NCBI GenBank assembly: GCA_002633005.1
Contig: NMRA01000772.1
Location: 77,812 to 141,811, forward strand
Direction of reading: 5' to 3'
DNA: 64,000 nucleotides
Source of the DNA: Phoronis australis
Taxonomy: Eukaryota > Animalia > Phoronida
The notes under the pieces are model-generated. The model was given only the letters and a program-made list of their open reading frames with translations, made no database searches and was not told the origin of the DNA. Both the position numbers and the translations under genes were made by a program. Each line of letters begins with the position of its first letter. The stretch's first letter is position 1. This document shows positions 51,601-64,000 of this stretch, one piece after another.

Positions 51601-54600
51601 TAAAGACTTCCGTCTGTATACTTCCTGTTGTAATTTATGCCCGTGTTTTATGTGTGTAGACTGCTGTGGTGGCAAATGCACTGATTTCACGAAATAAACG
51701 GAACAATGGTGAACCAAAGGTACATGTATAGTCAACACAAACTTTGAAACGAATTTCGGAGAAATTATTGTCTGACTTTGATGCAGTGGCGACTTCGTGG
51801 AGACTTGGGATTTATCCTTCGTCGCAAAAGCTGAGGTCGCATTGGCGACCTGCAGCGATGAGAAAGCAAAAAAAATCAGTCTGGTCATCACGCCATCTGT
51901 TGGCCTCATGACGTGACCTTTTGAGATTTACATGTACATATGAATCAGAAGTCAATATGCATTGTGAACACCTGTAGGTCGGGCACCAGACGATATTCAA
52001 ACAAAAAGTCGTAAGATGACCCGAGGTCGTTTTCGCTCGTAATTTTACATTCGCAATTTCAAGCTCGTATTTTTCACATGTTATGAAGTATTCAGAAGGT
52101 AAAATTTCAGGTGCAAAGTACTAAGTACAAAAGATTGACTGAATTTTTTTGCTGCCCTATCCATCCTAGGCACTTGAAACTGGCCCTTTTTAGTACATAC
52201 TGATGTGCCAATATGTATATGTAGCAGGATGTCTGACAATGATTTGACATTGTTTTTAAGATAACCATGCTTTCTCATTTATTTAGGCAAAGTTTCATTC
52301 TCTTACTCTGAACAATGCGTGCAGAAGACGTATGACATTGCAATAAATATTGGTTCAAAAGGGCTTTTAGAGGGTTGTGTAGTAGAATTTCTAAATGTTG
52401 GTGGTAAATAATTCACTCTATATTCAAGATCTTTGCGTATTAAAGTAATAGGTGGTTGTCTCGTGGAGTCGTACTTAAATATAATGACTATAAAGAGCAA
52501 AAATACCGTGACGATCGTAAAACTTCTTTTGAGCTCACGTGACCAACAAACTAATTTCTTATTGGATATAGCGATTTCGGTCGTAAAACACGAGCGAAGT
52601 CTTGGTCGCAATCACGAGTGTGATTATGGACAAACGATTTCGGTCTTAAAACGCAAGCGAAGTCTCGGTCGTAATCACGAGCGTAATTGTGGGCGAACAA
52701 ATTTCGATCGTAAAACACGAGCGAAATCTCGGTCGTGATTACGAGCGTAATTACGCGCGACACTTTGGTTTTTATTAGACGCATTCAGTGTTACGGCTAT
52801 ACCGAAAACAACGCCCGGGTAACAAAACACTTTATTTGGATTTCATATGCATCAGAATACGAAAAAATGAGTACGAACTTGCATTTCTAATTTCATATGT
52901 ATTGCCAAACACCACTAGGGAGAAGTTGGCCGGGTACGGCCAGACGATTACGTGAAGCCTTTTGAATCAGAATTCAAATTTATTAATAACTTGGTTATCA
53001 TTGCAGTTAGTAGTACAAGTAGCTGTAACAAAATTGTTGTTGTTGTTGTTGTTCATCTATATACTAGGTTTAAGGGAGAGGCTGGGGCTGGACCTTTTCC
53101 GCGAGGAGGGGGTAAAATTTCGCTGGCGAACCCGCCGAACCCCCTGGCTGTGGGCCTGGATTAACGTTGACGTATAGAGACAGAACAAATGATAAAAGTC
53201 ACATTTACCTGACAGGCACTGGGACATGTGCCCCAACAGGCTCTACCGACAGATGCACATTCATTTATAAGTTCCTTTGGTCCGAAACACCAACCAACCT
53301 TCCAACCAGTCACCGTGAAGGCTTTACCAGCACTTCCCAAGGTTATGGTTCGTTCCCACATACCAGGGAGAGTTGCTGAAACAAACGTTTTTTCAGTGTT
53401 GTACGATTAAACACTATTCACGAAAATATGTGGAAATATTTCAGTATAAAAATACGTGGAAACAGTTACACACGCCAAAATCTTCTATTTTCTGGCAATT
53501 GGAATCCATTGCTTGATCTCCTGTTCTCTAGTAATTGGAATCCGTTGCCTAGAATACGCATCCAAACATGAAACACATCCTGTTTTGGGCTTATTTATCG
53601 GATACACGGTGTCTCGAGGTACCATCCCTCAGTGATATTAAGTATCTTTTGAAGTAGGTCCCTTACGTGTACTAAGTTGACTTCAAGTCCTTTTTACCGC
53701 AATTAAAAGTGGCTTGTGACTCTGGCATTGCTCAAGACAGAACTGAACACTTTGGTCTGAATTGTTCCCCATATTTAGGCCTAAATTTTCCAAAGCAATG
53801 TGTCTGTTAGCAACTGAAGGCAATCTAAACAAGTTTTTATCAGTTGCACCTACAAAATTGCCGTCCCAGTCAAGTGACCATGAAAGCTTTTTCCCAGCTT
53901 AAAGAGAACGACAGTTAAATAGGTACTGCTTTAGTAGGCTGTTATCTTCGAACAGAATAAAATAGGATACGTTCTAGTAAACCGGAGTGTGCTGAGGTAT
54001 CATTTATACAAACTTTCATGATGTTTCTCTGCATTAATTGGCATATAATTATAAGCAATCGACTTCAAGAATAAACATGAGCACAGCTACATGAATGTAA
54101 CAAACCCATTCGAATGTGAACCGTTCCGTCAAACGTTAACCACTCATACACTTCGTCTGCTACACAGATGACCTTGTGTCGTCGGCAAAGATCAGCTACA
54201 ACTTCCATCTCATCGCGGCTGTAAACCTGAACCATGAAAATGGAGGCTTCCATAACAGTTTCAACTACAAATTTATTTAAAATTATCGTGTTTTGTTTAA
54301 GATTATTCGACAAAAACAGCATTGCCGTCAGGCTTATCTCCATCGATACAGAGAGCAAACCAGATAGACTCACAGATATATTAAGTCTATCGCTTTGGAG
54401 AAAAAAAATTGCGGCCTTCCTTTACAGTCACGTTGAATAATTTAATTTGAAATCACATACAAACCTTGCCCAGAGGGTTGTTGGGCGTGTTGAATATTAG
54501 CATTTTGGTCTTTGGGCTAAATTTACTGGCGAGCTCATCGGGATCAAGAGCAAAGTCACCGCTACGCAACACGTCATCTGATGAGTGTTCCTAAAATAAT

Positions 54601-57600
54601 TGACTTAAAGTAAAGGTCAAGAACGTGGCACTGCGTACGAAGTAGTTTATCGTGTACTGAACCGACCAAGTTCGACAACGGACACCTAGGGTCCATTTCA
54701 TGAAAGTGCCGTAAGACTAAAGACAGAAATTTGGTCTTACAATCCCACTGCTTTATTGTAGAATAAAGGTTTAGCCAAGTAATTATGAGCGAATGACAGT
54801 CTAGAAATAATTTGTAGTACCTCGGGGTTACATGTATGTGTATATTCTCAGACAGTTAGCACTTTTTGTTCAAGTGAGATTTAATTACTTTTCAGAAATA
54901 GTTGCCCAGAGCGTTAGACCAAAACTGTTGTCTTAAGTCTTAACCACTTTTCATGAAACAGACCCTGCAATAAGGAATCTTGCAATTTTGATAACCAGCA
55001 TTAAATACAGCAACGAGGTCATTTTCAGTCAGTAGCCGAGAAGGCCGGCTTCAACCAGTAATGACACAATTTTTCACAGAAATGACAGAATGCACCTGCT
55101 GCATTTAAGTCAGCGCCAGGGGTTAAACAGTATATTTATTTGAGGGGATTTAGTACTCTACATTATCGAATTGTAAAATTCAAAATAATAGAAAACACTA
55201 TAATAGGAGACAATGAAATGCACTATAAACCGTGGGTTGATGATTATATAAGAAAAGGAAACACAAGCGATAAGGAGAATAGAGACAGGTACACCGATCG
55301 TCTATTAACACTTTCGTAAACAAACTCATGTAATGAAACTGCATCAACCTCTATAGAGAAATGTTCCATTTGTTCGGCAGCGTGTAGTACAGTAGGGCGG
55401 GTTTAGCAAACGTAGGCCTACGGGTTCGTGTACGTATGAATACTTATAGACTCTATTCCCGCGGCGGATATTAAAATCCAAAGCGAGGCTCACTGCGATA
55501 AACAAAGCGGAAATTTACATTGGTGAGTTAAATGGAGTCCAACCTGAATACTAAATCTTAAAAAATGTGTCAATAATTAACCTTAGAGACGCAGAAAAAT
55601 ACAATTAAAGAACAAGACAATACACCAAAGAGTTGTCTGACGAAAGGATATAGTTTTTCCGGAAAACTAGGTTCGAAACATGAAAAGTAAACATGACCAA
55701 ATTGCGGCGATCGTAGTCATGACGGCGACATCCCGTTGCTCCCAACTTGTTCGATTGTATAGCCCAACAACAAGTTGGGAAGTTTACCCCCCGTAGCCAA
55801 TTAACTCCATTCTAGCGTTGATGGTTGAAGGGCCTGCGCTCTTTTGTTTGATAATTCTAATCTGCGATCAGATCGTATCTAGCCTGATTGGGGTGGGCTG
55901 ATAAAAATGTAAATTAAGCCAGAAATTATCGCACGTTTAGCACCCCTCACGTCTGGAAAAGTTACTGAACGACAGGACGCTGTAATGTTACGGATTAGGT
56001 ATCATGCTGAATGCAGGGTTACGATTCTTCTAATAAATGCTTGATAAAAATGTTTTCTACACGAACCAGGTCATCTGGTCGTATTGTTGACGAGTTGAAG
56101 ATATATTCGACAGTGGTGGCTCATAGCATTTTGCTGTCATGTGCTATTAGCCTCATCTGGTTTACTTTGTTGATCAAGAGTAGGCCTATTAGCTTCAAGC
56201 ATAGCCTAGGTCATGATGATGTAGGCACTACCGGGACTAACAGTGGATTTGTCATTGATCTGAAATAATACTTGATGTTATTAAATATATATTTTGATTA
56301 CAAAAAAAATAGACTCGCAACTGAAAATAAAAATTATATAACCAACAATTCTGCTTTCTTGCTTACGTCTATTTCATGAGTTATATTTTTCAAATATCAA
56401 TCTCGACCAAGTTGAATTTTAAAATTAAAACACCTAATTCTTTCGTCCAAAGCATAACCTCGTTTTAGAGCTCAATTTCAGTTAACTGGACACACAGTAG
56501 CGGATTTAGAGGGGAGCCAAGGGGCTATGCCTCAGCCCCCTCTAAAATTCCCAGATTCCATTTGGCAGTTCAGGAACGCGAATTTTTGACGGGCAAAATC
56601 CTGGCTAATACTCTGCCTTGCCCCCCCCAACTCAAAGTCATGGATCCCCCTGGGACAAGCATAGTTATCATGTTTCTTCAGAGGCTTCGTTCATATCCGA
56701 GGGGAAAGGTGCTTCATGTGTGTGCGGCCTTCTGAGAGGGGAACGTTTCGCCGAGTGACGGGTCAGTGAAAACTCTACTGACCTCCCTATCACCATCAAT
56801 AGCACCCCGCCATTTTTCAAGCTCTCATAGCTCTGTCTCAAGTAGCATTTTCAGTGGCTGATCTAGAATACCATATANNNNNNNNNNNNNNNNNNNNNNN
56901 NNNNNNNNNNNNNNNNNNNNNNNNNNNNNNNNNNNNNNNNNNNNNNNNNNNNNNNNNNNNNNNNNNNNNNNNNNNNNNNNNNNNNNNNNNNNNNNNNNNN
57001 NNNNNNNNNNNNNNNNNNNNNNNNNNNNNNNNNNNNNNNNNNNNNNNNNNNNNNNNNNNNNNNNNNNNNNNNNNNNNNNNNNNNNNNNNNNNNNNNNNNN
57101 NNNNNNNNNNNNNNNNNNNNNNNNNNNNNNNNNNNNNNNNNNNNNNNNNNNNNNNNNNNNNNNNNNNNNNNNNNNNNNNNNNNNNNNNNNNNNNNNNNNN
57201 NNNNNNNNNNNNNNNNNNNNNNNNNNNNNNNNNNNNNNNNNNNNNNNNNNNNNNNNNNNNNNNNNNNNNNNNNNNNNNNNNNNNNNNNNNNNNNNNNNNN
57301 NNNNNNNNNNNNNNNNNNNNNNNNNNNNNNNNNNNNNNNNNNNNNNNNNNNNNNNNNNNNNNNNNNNNNNNNNNNNNNNNNNNNNNNNNNNNNNNNNNNN
57401 NNNNNNNNNNNNNNNNNNNNNNNNNNNNNNNNNNNNNNNNNNNNNNNNNNNNNNNNNNNNNNNNNNNNNNNNNNNNNNNNNNNNNNNNNNNNNNNNNNNN
57501 NNNNNNNNNNNNNNNNNNNNNNNNNNNNNNNNNNNNNNNNNNNNNNNNNNNNNNNNNNNNNNNNNNNNNNNNNNNNNNNNNNNNNNNNNNNNNNNNNNNN

Positions 57601-57620
57601 NNATTATTATTATTATTATT

Positions 57621-57712
<92 letters not shown>

Positions 57713-60120
57713 TATTATTATTATTATTATCATCATTATTACTGTTACTATTACTTTTGGTATCCTAGTAAGAGTCGCAGTAATAAAATTATCATTAATA
57801 TCATCATCACAGTTGTTATTGGTGTGATTGCAATTATTTCTGTTATTGTAATTGTTATTTTTGCTATTGAAGGTGTCATGGAGAGTCCAAGTATTCAATT
57901 CTACAGATAAGATACAAATTAGCGATCATCTAACAAGTGATTTAATTATTCAACATTTGCGCGAGCTGTCATTCTTCAGCACACGTGCTAGCTCTCATTC
58001 TTCAGCTCACGCACGAGCTGTCGTTCTTCAGCACACGTGCGAGCTGTCATTCTTCAGCACACGCGCGAGCTGTCGTTCTTCAGCACACGCGCATGTGGTG
58101 TATTACCTCATCTCCTGGCGATATTAGTCCGTTAATGATAACAAACAGCGCTCCTACACCACCAACGGTGACCACAACCTCCAACATTGGATCCAAGTCT
58201 CGATGAACCAGTGGCGAGTAAAGTTTAGCAATTGCTTCGACGAGTTGAGGGTCACCCTAAAAGTTTACACACAGAGCATGAGCGAGCGACACAGCATTTG
58301 CTTCGTAATAGCCAGTCAAATTATCTCCACGTGTAACTAGATGGGGCATTTTTGGACAGAAAACATGGCATTGTCTTGGATTGGTCTAAAAACCCCTCGA
58401 CCCCCACACCTCACGACCCACTTGAACCACAACCCACGAATTTGACCGTTTCATCACAAAAGCTCGTTACATGTACGACCCGTAATCAGAGCAAAACCAA
58501 TTAACGATTAGAAAAGTGATTAGTCGACTCAGGCAATGGATTGAGGGAATTTGGAGGATAATAAAATATAAATGTCATCAACGGAAAAGGACTCTGCGAC
58601 TGATCAAATGTTTTTGTAATCACTTGAAAGCCCGAATAACGATATTTACAATACGCAAGCCGCATCTTTTGAGAAATAAAACTTCGACGAATTCAACCTC
58701 AAGAATTTGCTAATTCACAACCGCCTTGAAGGCATAAATATGCTTTTTAGAAGATTGGACAAGTAGGAATTATTAGCAAAGATACTGTACATGGTGTATA
58801 TTAGTTGTTAGTCTTCTTATAATCCGCATGTTGGTCACATCACGTGACCTACATGTATAACTAAGTCAAAATCTCTACTGGTGTTCGTCCCGCAGAATGG
58901 TGAATGTTGGCCAATTCCCCTTTTGTCCACTGACGTCACAAGCATACTGGCGCCCCCAGTGGAGGCCCTGAGAACTCGTAAATTAACCGAGTTCATGAAC
59001 CCGGTAGTATCCAGCCTAGCAACGGCCGAGCCAAGTTGGCGAACAGACTTGTATTTATTGTGGGACGTTGATTATCGCTTTTTTCTAAAAACATAATGCA
59101 TGGTATATAATAATGAATGATGTATAGTACCAATCAATTATGATTGAAAGATTCCTTTTTAATCGAGCGTAAACGAGGCTATTTCGCGTGGGGATAAAAC
59201 TTTGGATTTGCCGGCGTGTTTAACACAACAGTTGGATCGTGTTGCAGGATCGCTAGAGGGAATATTCCAATTTTCTTAATTTATTGGAACAATTTTGATT
59301 TTCTGAGAGGTATGACATGCAACATNCTTTTTAGAAGATTGGACAAGTAGGAATTATTAGCAAAGATACTGTACATGGTGTATATTAGTTGTTAGTCTTC
59401 TTATAATCCGCATGTTGGTCACATCACGTGACCTACATGTATAACTAAGTCAAAATCTCTGCTGGTGTTCGTCCCGGGAACTTCCCGCAATCGCTGCAGA
59501 CGTTTCGAGCCTCGTTCTGGAAAGGGAACTTTTTTCACACTTAGCCATAGACCACATGGCATGTAAGAAGACTACTAATTTCATGCGCACACCCAGCCTT
59601 TAACATAGAGGGGCTCGAATTTCTGGCGTTGTGGACCTTTCGACGGCAAAAAAGCGGCGGGGCCTAAAAAAATAAAGAAGTACCACCTCCAGAAGTGTGA
59701 CCTGTGCGCCTTTTTAGTGGGCTTGAGTCTCGTTTTCTCGGACTTTCTGTTTCTCTGAGGCGGACCTTTTTGCCCATTTCGCGAAATGGGGGGGGGGGGG
59801 CTCGTTCGAGACCCCCGAGTTCCCCGGGTGCACTCATGATTCGTATTTTCACCACATCAATACGCTGACTTATAACAGTTAAGTCGACAAGAAGGGTTTT
59901 TGATTGCAGCAACTGAAGTAAAGGTTCTTCATTTAACAACTTCCTGTATAAGTAAACTTGTCACCATCTTACCGCGGAACGGGTGTATTGGTGAACCAAT
60001 GGATCGCCAGATAGCGCCACTTGGCTCAGAAAATCTGTAACATACTGTGGACCAGAAAAGTCTGGAAATCCTTGACCTAAGTTGAGAGATGACGTCCGGG
60101 CGTGGTCTGTAAAGGAAACC
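48673..60120 (-). CDS. KYAT3: Kynurenine-oxoglutarate transaminase / cysteine-S-conjugate beta-lyase (KYAT1/KYAT3 family), partial
   Basis: Exons 59973-60120 (LNLGQGFPDF...HQYTR), 58107-58256 (VTVGGVGALF...PGDE), then an EPFFD-type exon not found (probably in the N gap), 54465-54590 (NTPNNPLGK), 54106-54226 (DEVYEWL), 53209-53375 (GSAGKAFTVTGWKVGW, PLP lysine), 50270-50459 (PDGGYF), 49257-49414 (RFCFFK) and 48673-48735 (stop). The start exon was not located. KYAT1 versus KYAT3 cannot be distinguished; it is probably a co-ortholog. Confidence 0.9.
50860..51030. repeat. Degenerate (GTA/GTG/GTT)n trinucleotide repeat
   Basis: Low-complexity run that gives the poly-Thr ORF 50768-51025. Confidence 0.8.
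52570..52760. repeat. CpG-rich minisatellite, about 3 copies of a 64-bp unit
   Basis: CGATTTCGGTCGTAAAACACGAGCGAAGTCT.GGTCG.AATCACGAG.GT.ATT recurs at about 52572, 52636 and 52700. Confidence 0.8.
54688..54968. mobile_element. Harbinger-like MITE (related half copy at 50060-50140)
   Basis: TIRs AGGGTCCATTTCATGAAAGTG and TTTTCATGAAACAGACCCTG. The internal GACAGAAATTTGGTCTTAC occurs inverted at about 50069-50090. Confidence 0.65.
56495..56652. mobile_element. Short MITE (same family as 44018-44183)
   Basis: Colinear similarity to 44018-44183. Confidence 0.75.
56878..57602. other. Assembly gap (725 N)
   Basis: Run of N. Confidence 1.
57603..57745. repeat. Compound (ATT)n(ATC)n(ATT)n microsatellite
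   Basis: About 30 ATC units flanked by ATT runs at the gap edge. Confidence 0.95.
57958..58092. repeat. Minisatellite, about 5 copies of a 26-bp unit
   Basis: GCGAGCTGTC(A/G)TTCTTCAGCACACG(T/C) repeated immediately inside the intron after KYAT exon 58107-58256. Confidence 0.85.
59582..59839. mobile_element. MITE-like repeat with CATG..CACCC / GGGTG..CATG ends (family of 15930-16181)
   Basis: Imperfect terminal inverted repeats and similarity to 15930-16181. Confidence 0.65.
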
Positions 60121-62659
60121 CTGAAGGAAAAAGTAAAAATTTTCCATTTGAATGAAGGCCACAGACGAATTTTGGAAAATGACGCACTGTGCACACACAA
60201 AACTCAAGGACAATTGCGTAAACTTAGGTTGTTTCCGCTCTTAACCCTCACCACTTTTTCATACAAACAAAAGCCTTTTGAGCCTATATTCATACCCAAA
60301 CATACAAGTTTTTTATCGCTCCCCCCTCCACGGGCACTCTCCCAAATACATCAGTACGTCGCTTCGAGGGCTACGGCAAACATCGGTTTGTTCGAAAATG
60401 TGGTTGTCGTCGCTTACGGTATCTTAGAGCGGACATTGTAGATGACATAGCTGTAGCTTATTCTCTTCTATGAGGACTGCATTGTATCTCAATTTTTGTA
60501 GTTCGCACTTACACCTGTAGGGACAACTTTAGAACACCTCGAATTTTATTGAGACGGAAATTTGGAAGAGACAAGTTGAAATCGTGTAACATTGTCTGAG
60601 AAACGTTTTTCCCCCATAACTGTTTCTGTCACCACCCACTCGCTGGTTCCCTGCATGCTTCATAACTAGCCAGCACGTAGGTATCACGCAATGGCACGCG
60701 CTTTAGCATTGGTCGATGTAACCTCGGTAGTCATTGGTTAGCTTTACAACACCGTGAAAAAATGGCGGACTGTGAATTACTTTTAGCCTTGTCATGCAAG
60801 TGGCGTGGCAGCAACTATTTCGTTTCTGCATTGATGTTTAATAGACGTGTGCTTGAAGCACATACATGTACAATAAACACCAAATATCTGGCCAATTTAA
60901 CCGATGTGTTATTCGTAGCACTGTATGAATAGACAGGACACTATGGTAAACAAAAGTCATCGACAGTAGAAAGATGCATTCCGAAAAGGCGCAACCACAA
61001 TTTCTAGGCTTCACATTTCCTGAACATAAATTTTAAGCATCGATTTGTCTGTACAACAGACCACATTTACACGTCAGTCCATCCGAATCATGCCAGTTTA
61101 TTTGCGTAAAGAGCTGCCTGTTGAGAATTCGACAAGCCAATCAGAAACGCCGGTGTAAAAAAAATTACCGAGGAAAATTAAGTGATACCTGCGTGCTGGC
61201 GCGGCTACCACCCCCCCCCCCTAGCGGTACGCAGGGAATCAGCGAGTCACCACCCAATGCGCTACTTGTACCTCCTACTGCTAAGAGCGCCATAACAGTG
61301 ACTCTACCTTTTGGTTTCAAGTTAAGCAACACAAAACCTTTTCCAACCACCATAGAGTACGTAACACGCTCAAAGCTTAAGTGTTCTTGAGGTTTAGAGA
61401 CAGTTCCACGGTGTCATTTTGTTTCAAATATTTAAAAGATCAAGGTCTTTATTTTTGTTAATGAGGCTAGAACACTCTTCCATGTCTCGTTCAGTTTTTA
61501 AAAAGCTTCCCGCTTTCAGTTTAAGCAAGAAAAAAAGTCAACACGCGCTGACAGACGGTTTGACTTGATGGCGACCCTGGGAAATAATTACCATTCATTC
61601 GTTGAAGGATTCTTGCCAGATGATTCATCCATGATGTCAGTGCACTTAGAACTGAAATGGATGAAAACAATAAAAATCCCACTTGAAGACTATTATAGAA
61701 AATTCTCAACCCGCCAATCCCTACCAGTGTATCAATTTAAAGAGTGCCTGGTCTATGAAATAATGACCCACCATCAGGTGAAGCAGTGATTCTTATTCCG
61801 CATTTCTAACAGGACGAGGTTTGGCATGAAGTCTCACACGCGTGAACCAAACGTACTGTCTGTGGATGTGTTTAAAGACGACTGCAGAAACAAACAAAAA
61901 AGAATTGGCCACGTTTCCAAATGGTTGGAGCTTGCAGCGTTAAGAATGAGCGGTAGAACAATTTTTGTTGAGCTTGGGCTTGAAAAAAGGAACAGTTCTT
62001 GACAGCTCCAACACTATGCATGTAAATGAGTGTATTCTACGAGGTGTACAAAATCAGACAATATGAACAGTATATGGGCCAAAGACTTTAAATTGTTTTC
62101 TTTATGAAAAACAGGTGGAATCTGCATCAGCTGACGTCATCTCTTCAGTTATACAGCCCAGTCCCTCAGTGGGAGATAAGATTTAAGTCTCAATAACTTT
62201 CTTGGCTAAAATTTTGCAGGGAAACAGCACCCAAATCTTTACTTTGCGTAAACGAACGAATCACAACACCACATCCCAGACACTAAGATGCTTTACAAGT
62301 CAAAGGTTCACATTTGTCCCGAGCAGGGAGAAAACTTGGCTAAGATGAAGCACGGAATACTGTGCACCATACAGAGGATGTAGAAGAGTTTAATTCACGT
62401 CCATCTTTCGAAAAGTCAACAGAATGCAATTGTGAACAAAAGATTACGCCTATGTGGTGCAGTAAATAAAGTTTCATGCTCAATGAAAGTTATCAATACA
62501 ATTACATAAACTAAATTTCAAAACTAACGTAGACATAGATATCAGGGGCAATGACAGTTTTAAGCTTCAGGGTCTAACCCTTGATTTTAAATTCAGTTTT
62601 AATGCTCATGTTACTTCACTTTGTAAAAGAATTCAAGGCAACTGAATGCCCTCAAACCC

Positions 62660-63240
62660 CAGATTATTAAACAACAGTTGTTTTACAATCTGAGCTCAAA
62701 CGTGTTGGCCACCATTTAAACTTGAATTGCAAACTCCCTCATTTGCCACTTTTTTTGTTTTCTCAAATTTTAATTTTTGTGGGCTAATGTTGCATTTTTG
62801 TACTAAAACGGGTAGCACTAAAATCGAGAAGATCCAACAACGAGCACTCAGATTAATTAACTCTGATCATTCAGCGACATAGGATGGCCTTCTCTCTCGT
62901 TCTAATCTCCCTTCCCTACATATCCGCAGTCTCAGAGCAATAGCAACAGAATACATTAAACTGTTTCCACAATAAGAGTCCCTGTTATCTTCACGATATC
63001 TTTGTTGAACGGGAAGGGTTCGCATTCTTTTCCATGCCAGAGCACTGTAAATATCCCTTCCATTAGTACTGAAATATGAATTATTGTTTAGATATGCTTC
63101 TGATGAATTGTGGAATGACCTCCTAAACGAGACCCGCTTTTCTTTTCCACAGTTTAGCATACCGTCGTATAGATAGATGGCGTGGATCACCATGTCATTG
63201 TAATTTATTTAAATCTTAACTGTCAAATTTGCTTTACCTG
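62660..63240 (+). mobile_element. 3' fragment of a CR1/L2-group LINE (RT C-terminus), decayed
   Basis: Plus strand reads LKRVGHHLN...NFNFCGLMLHFCTKTGSTKIEKIQQRALRLINSDHSAT*DGLLSRSNLPSLHIRSLRAIATE, matching the C-terminal pattern Y/FC.LVW.....LEKIQ.RALR of this group. Confidence 0.8.
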
Positions 63241-64000
63241 TCTTGATTTGGTAGATTTATATGTTTTTTATTTTCACTCATGTGTGACAGAAAATAGCTC
63301 TAGAATTGTACAATGACACTTTGCTTTCCGCAATTTCCAACTGCTGCTTGCTGGTTTATGAGCCTTTAGTAATTGCCCATCAACGATTTGTACTCAAGCG
63401 AGAACTAATGAGAAACAGCATACCATATAATGCGGGACCAGTGTAGACTGCGGACAGTAGTTAGCCAAGCTAAAACGATATCATCAGCAACTTGCTGCGA
63501 CGATGTTGCCTACAACCGGGTGGTTTCTTTGAAGATTGCCGGCGGATTTCAAAGCCGTTGAACCAGACAAGTTGCCAATCTTGACCGACGTGGGTGTCAA
63601 CGTACGTTTCGGCATGACGTTTGATTTACGACAGTGAGTGTGAGTGGAACGTGTTGCATTTTTCTCACTTAATCACTAAAAGTAATTATGAATTACATTA
63701 CTTCGACCACAACGGTATGTTTTTGGTCGAAATCGACTTGCATTTATCAAAGATACGCCTACATATCCAAAGTTCCATTGAAAAAACTGCCAGCACAGAT
63801 GGTGTTATCACTCTGGGTCGAGTTACCAGTTGTGTAAACAAACTGGGGACTAGTATCCTAATTGACCCACCCTTGTGAAGTGAGTTCAGAGCTTGAGTGA
63901 AATGCCAAATAAACTCATAATTCAATAAAAGTTTTTATAGTTTTTTTATTCAGACATGTAGCCATTAAACACCATGCGAATATGTCAAATTTGAAAACCC

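Noticed and set aside
56825-57898. 357-aa and 304-aa ORFs
   Set aside because: They consist of N-gap and microsatellite translation.
58743-59476. About 150-bp direct repeat (58743-58892 and 59327-59476) resembling LTRs
   Set aside because: The second copy starts exactly at a single-N join (59326) and has no TG..CA ends, PBS or PPT. It is most likely a contig overlap or allelic artefact.
61847-61881. Candidate KYAT upstream exon ending ...RQYVW in the right phase
   Set aside because: The donor (GTTCAC) is very weak and similarity to KYAT N-termini is poor. The true exon may lie beyond the window.
63480-63640. CpG-rich stretch ending in a plus-strand GTGAGT donor
   Set aside because: No start-linked open frame or recognisable family, and too close to the window edge to interpret.

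Overview
This is eukaryotic, invertebrate-like metazoan genomic DNA (AT-rich, GT-AG introns) from a draft assembly, with a 725-nt N gap at 56878-57602 and single-N joins at 3380, 18769, 25997 and 59326. I reconstructed six spliced genes by hand with phase-consistent exons. (1) An ABHD14A-like alpha/beta-hydrolase (minus). (2) A 3-exon Myb/SANT-like (trihelix, Harbinger-type) gene, probably nested in the first ABHD14A intron beside a 5'-truncated Tx1/L1-like LINE. (3) STEEP1/CXorf56 (minus), head-to-head with (4) CDK9 (plus). (5) A divergent single TOG/CLASP_N-type HEAT-repeat gene (minus) that the ORF track mostly misses. (6) A kynurenine aminotransferase KYAT1/3-like gene (minus), missing its 5' exon and one internal exon. 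Mobile DNA includes a non-coding LTR element with tRNA-Ser PBS and PPT in a CDK9 5'UTR intron, a mariner relic, a CR1/L2-type LINE fragment, many MITEs and fold-backs, and a tRNA-Ala-like head whose 3' half has been amplified into a minisatellite. Family assignments come from motif recognition only; no searches were run.
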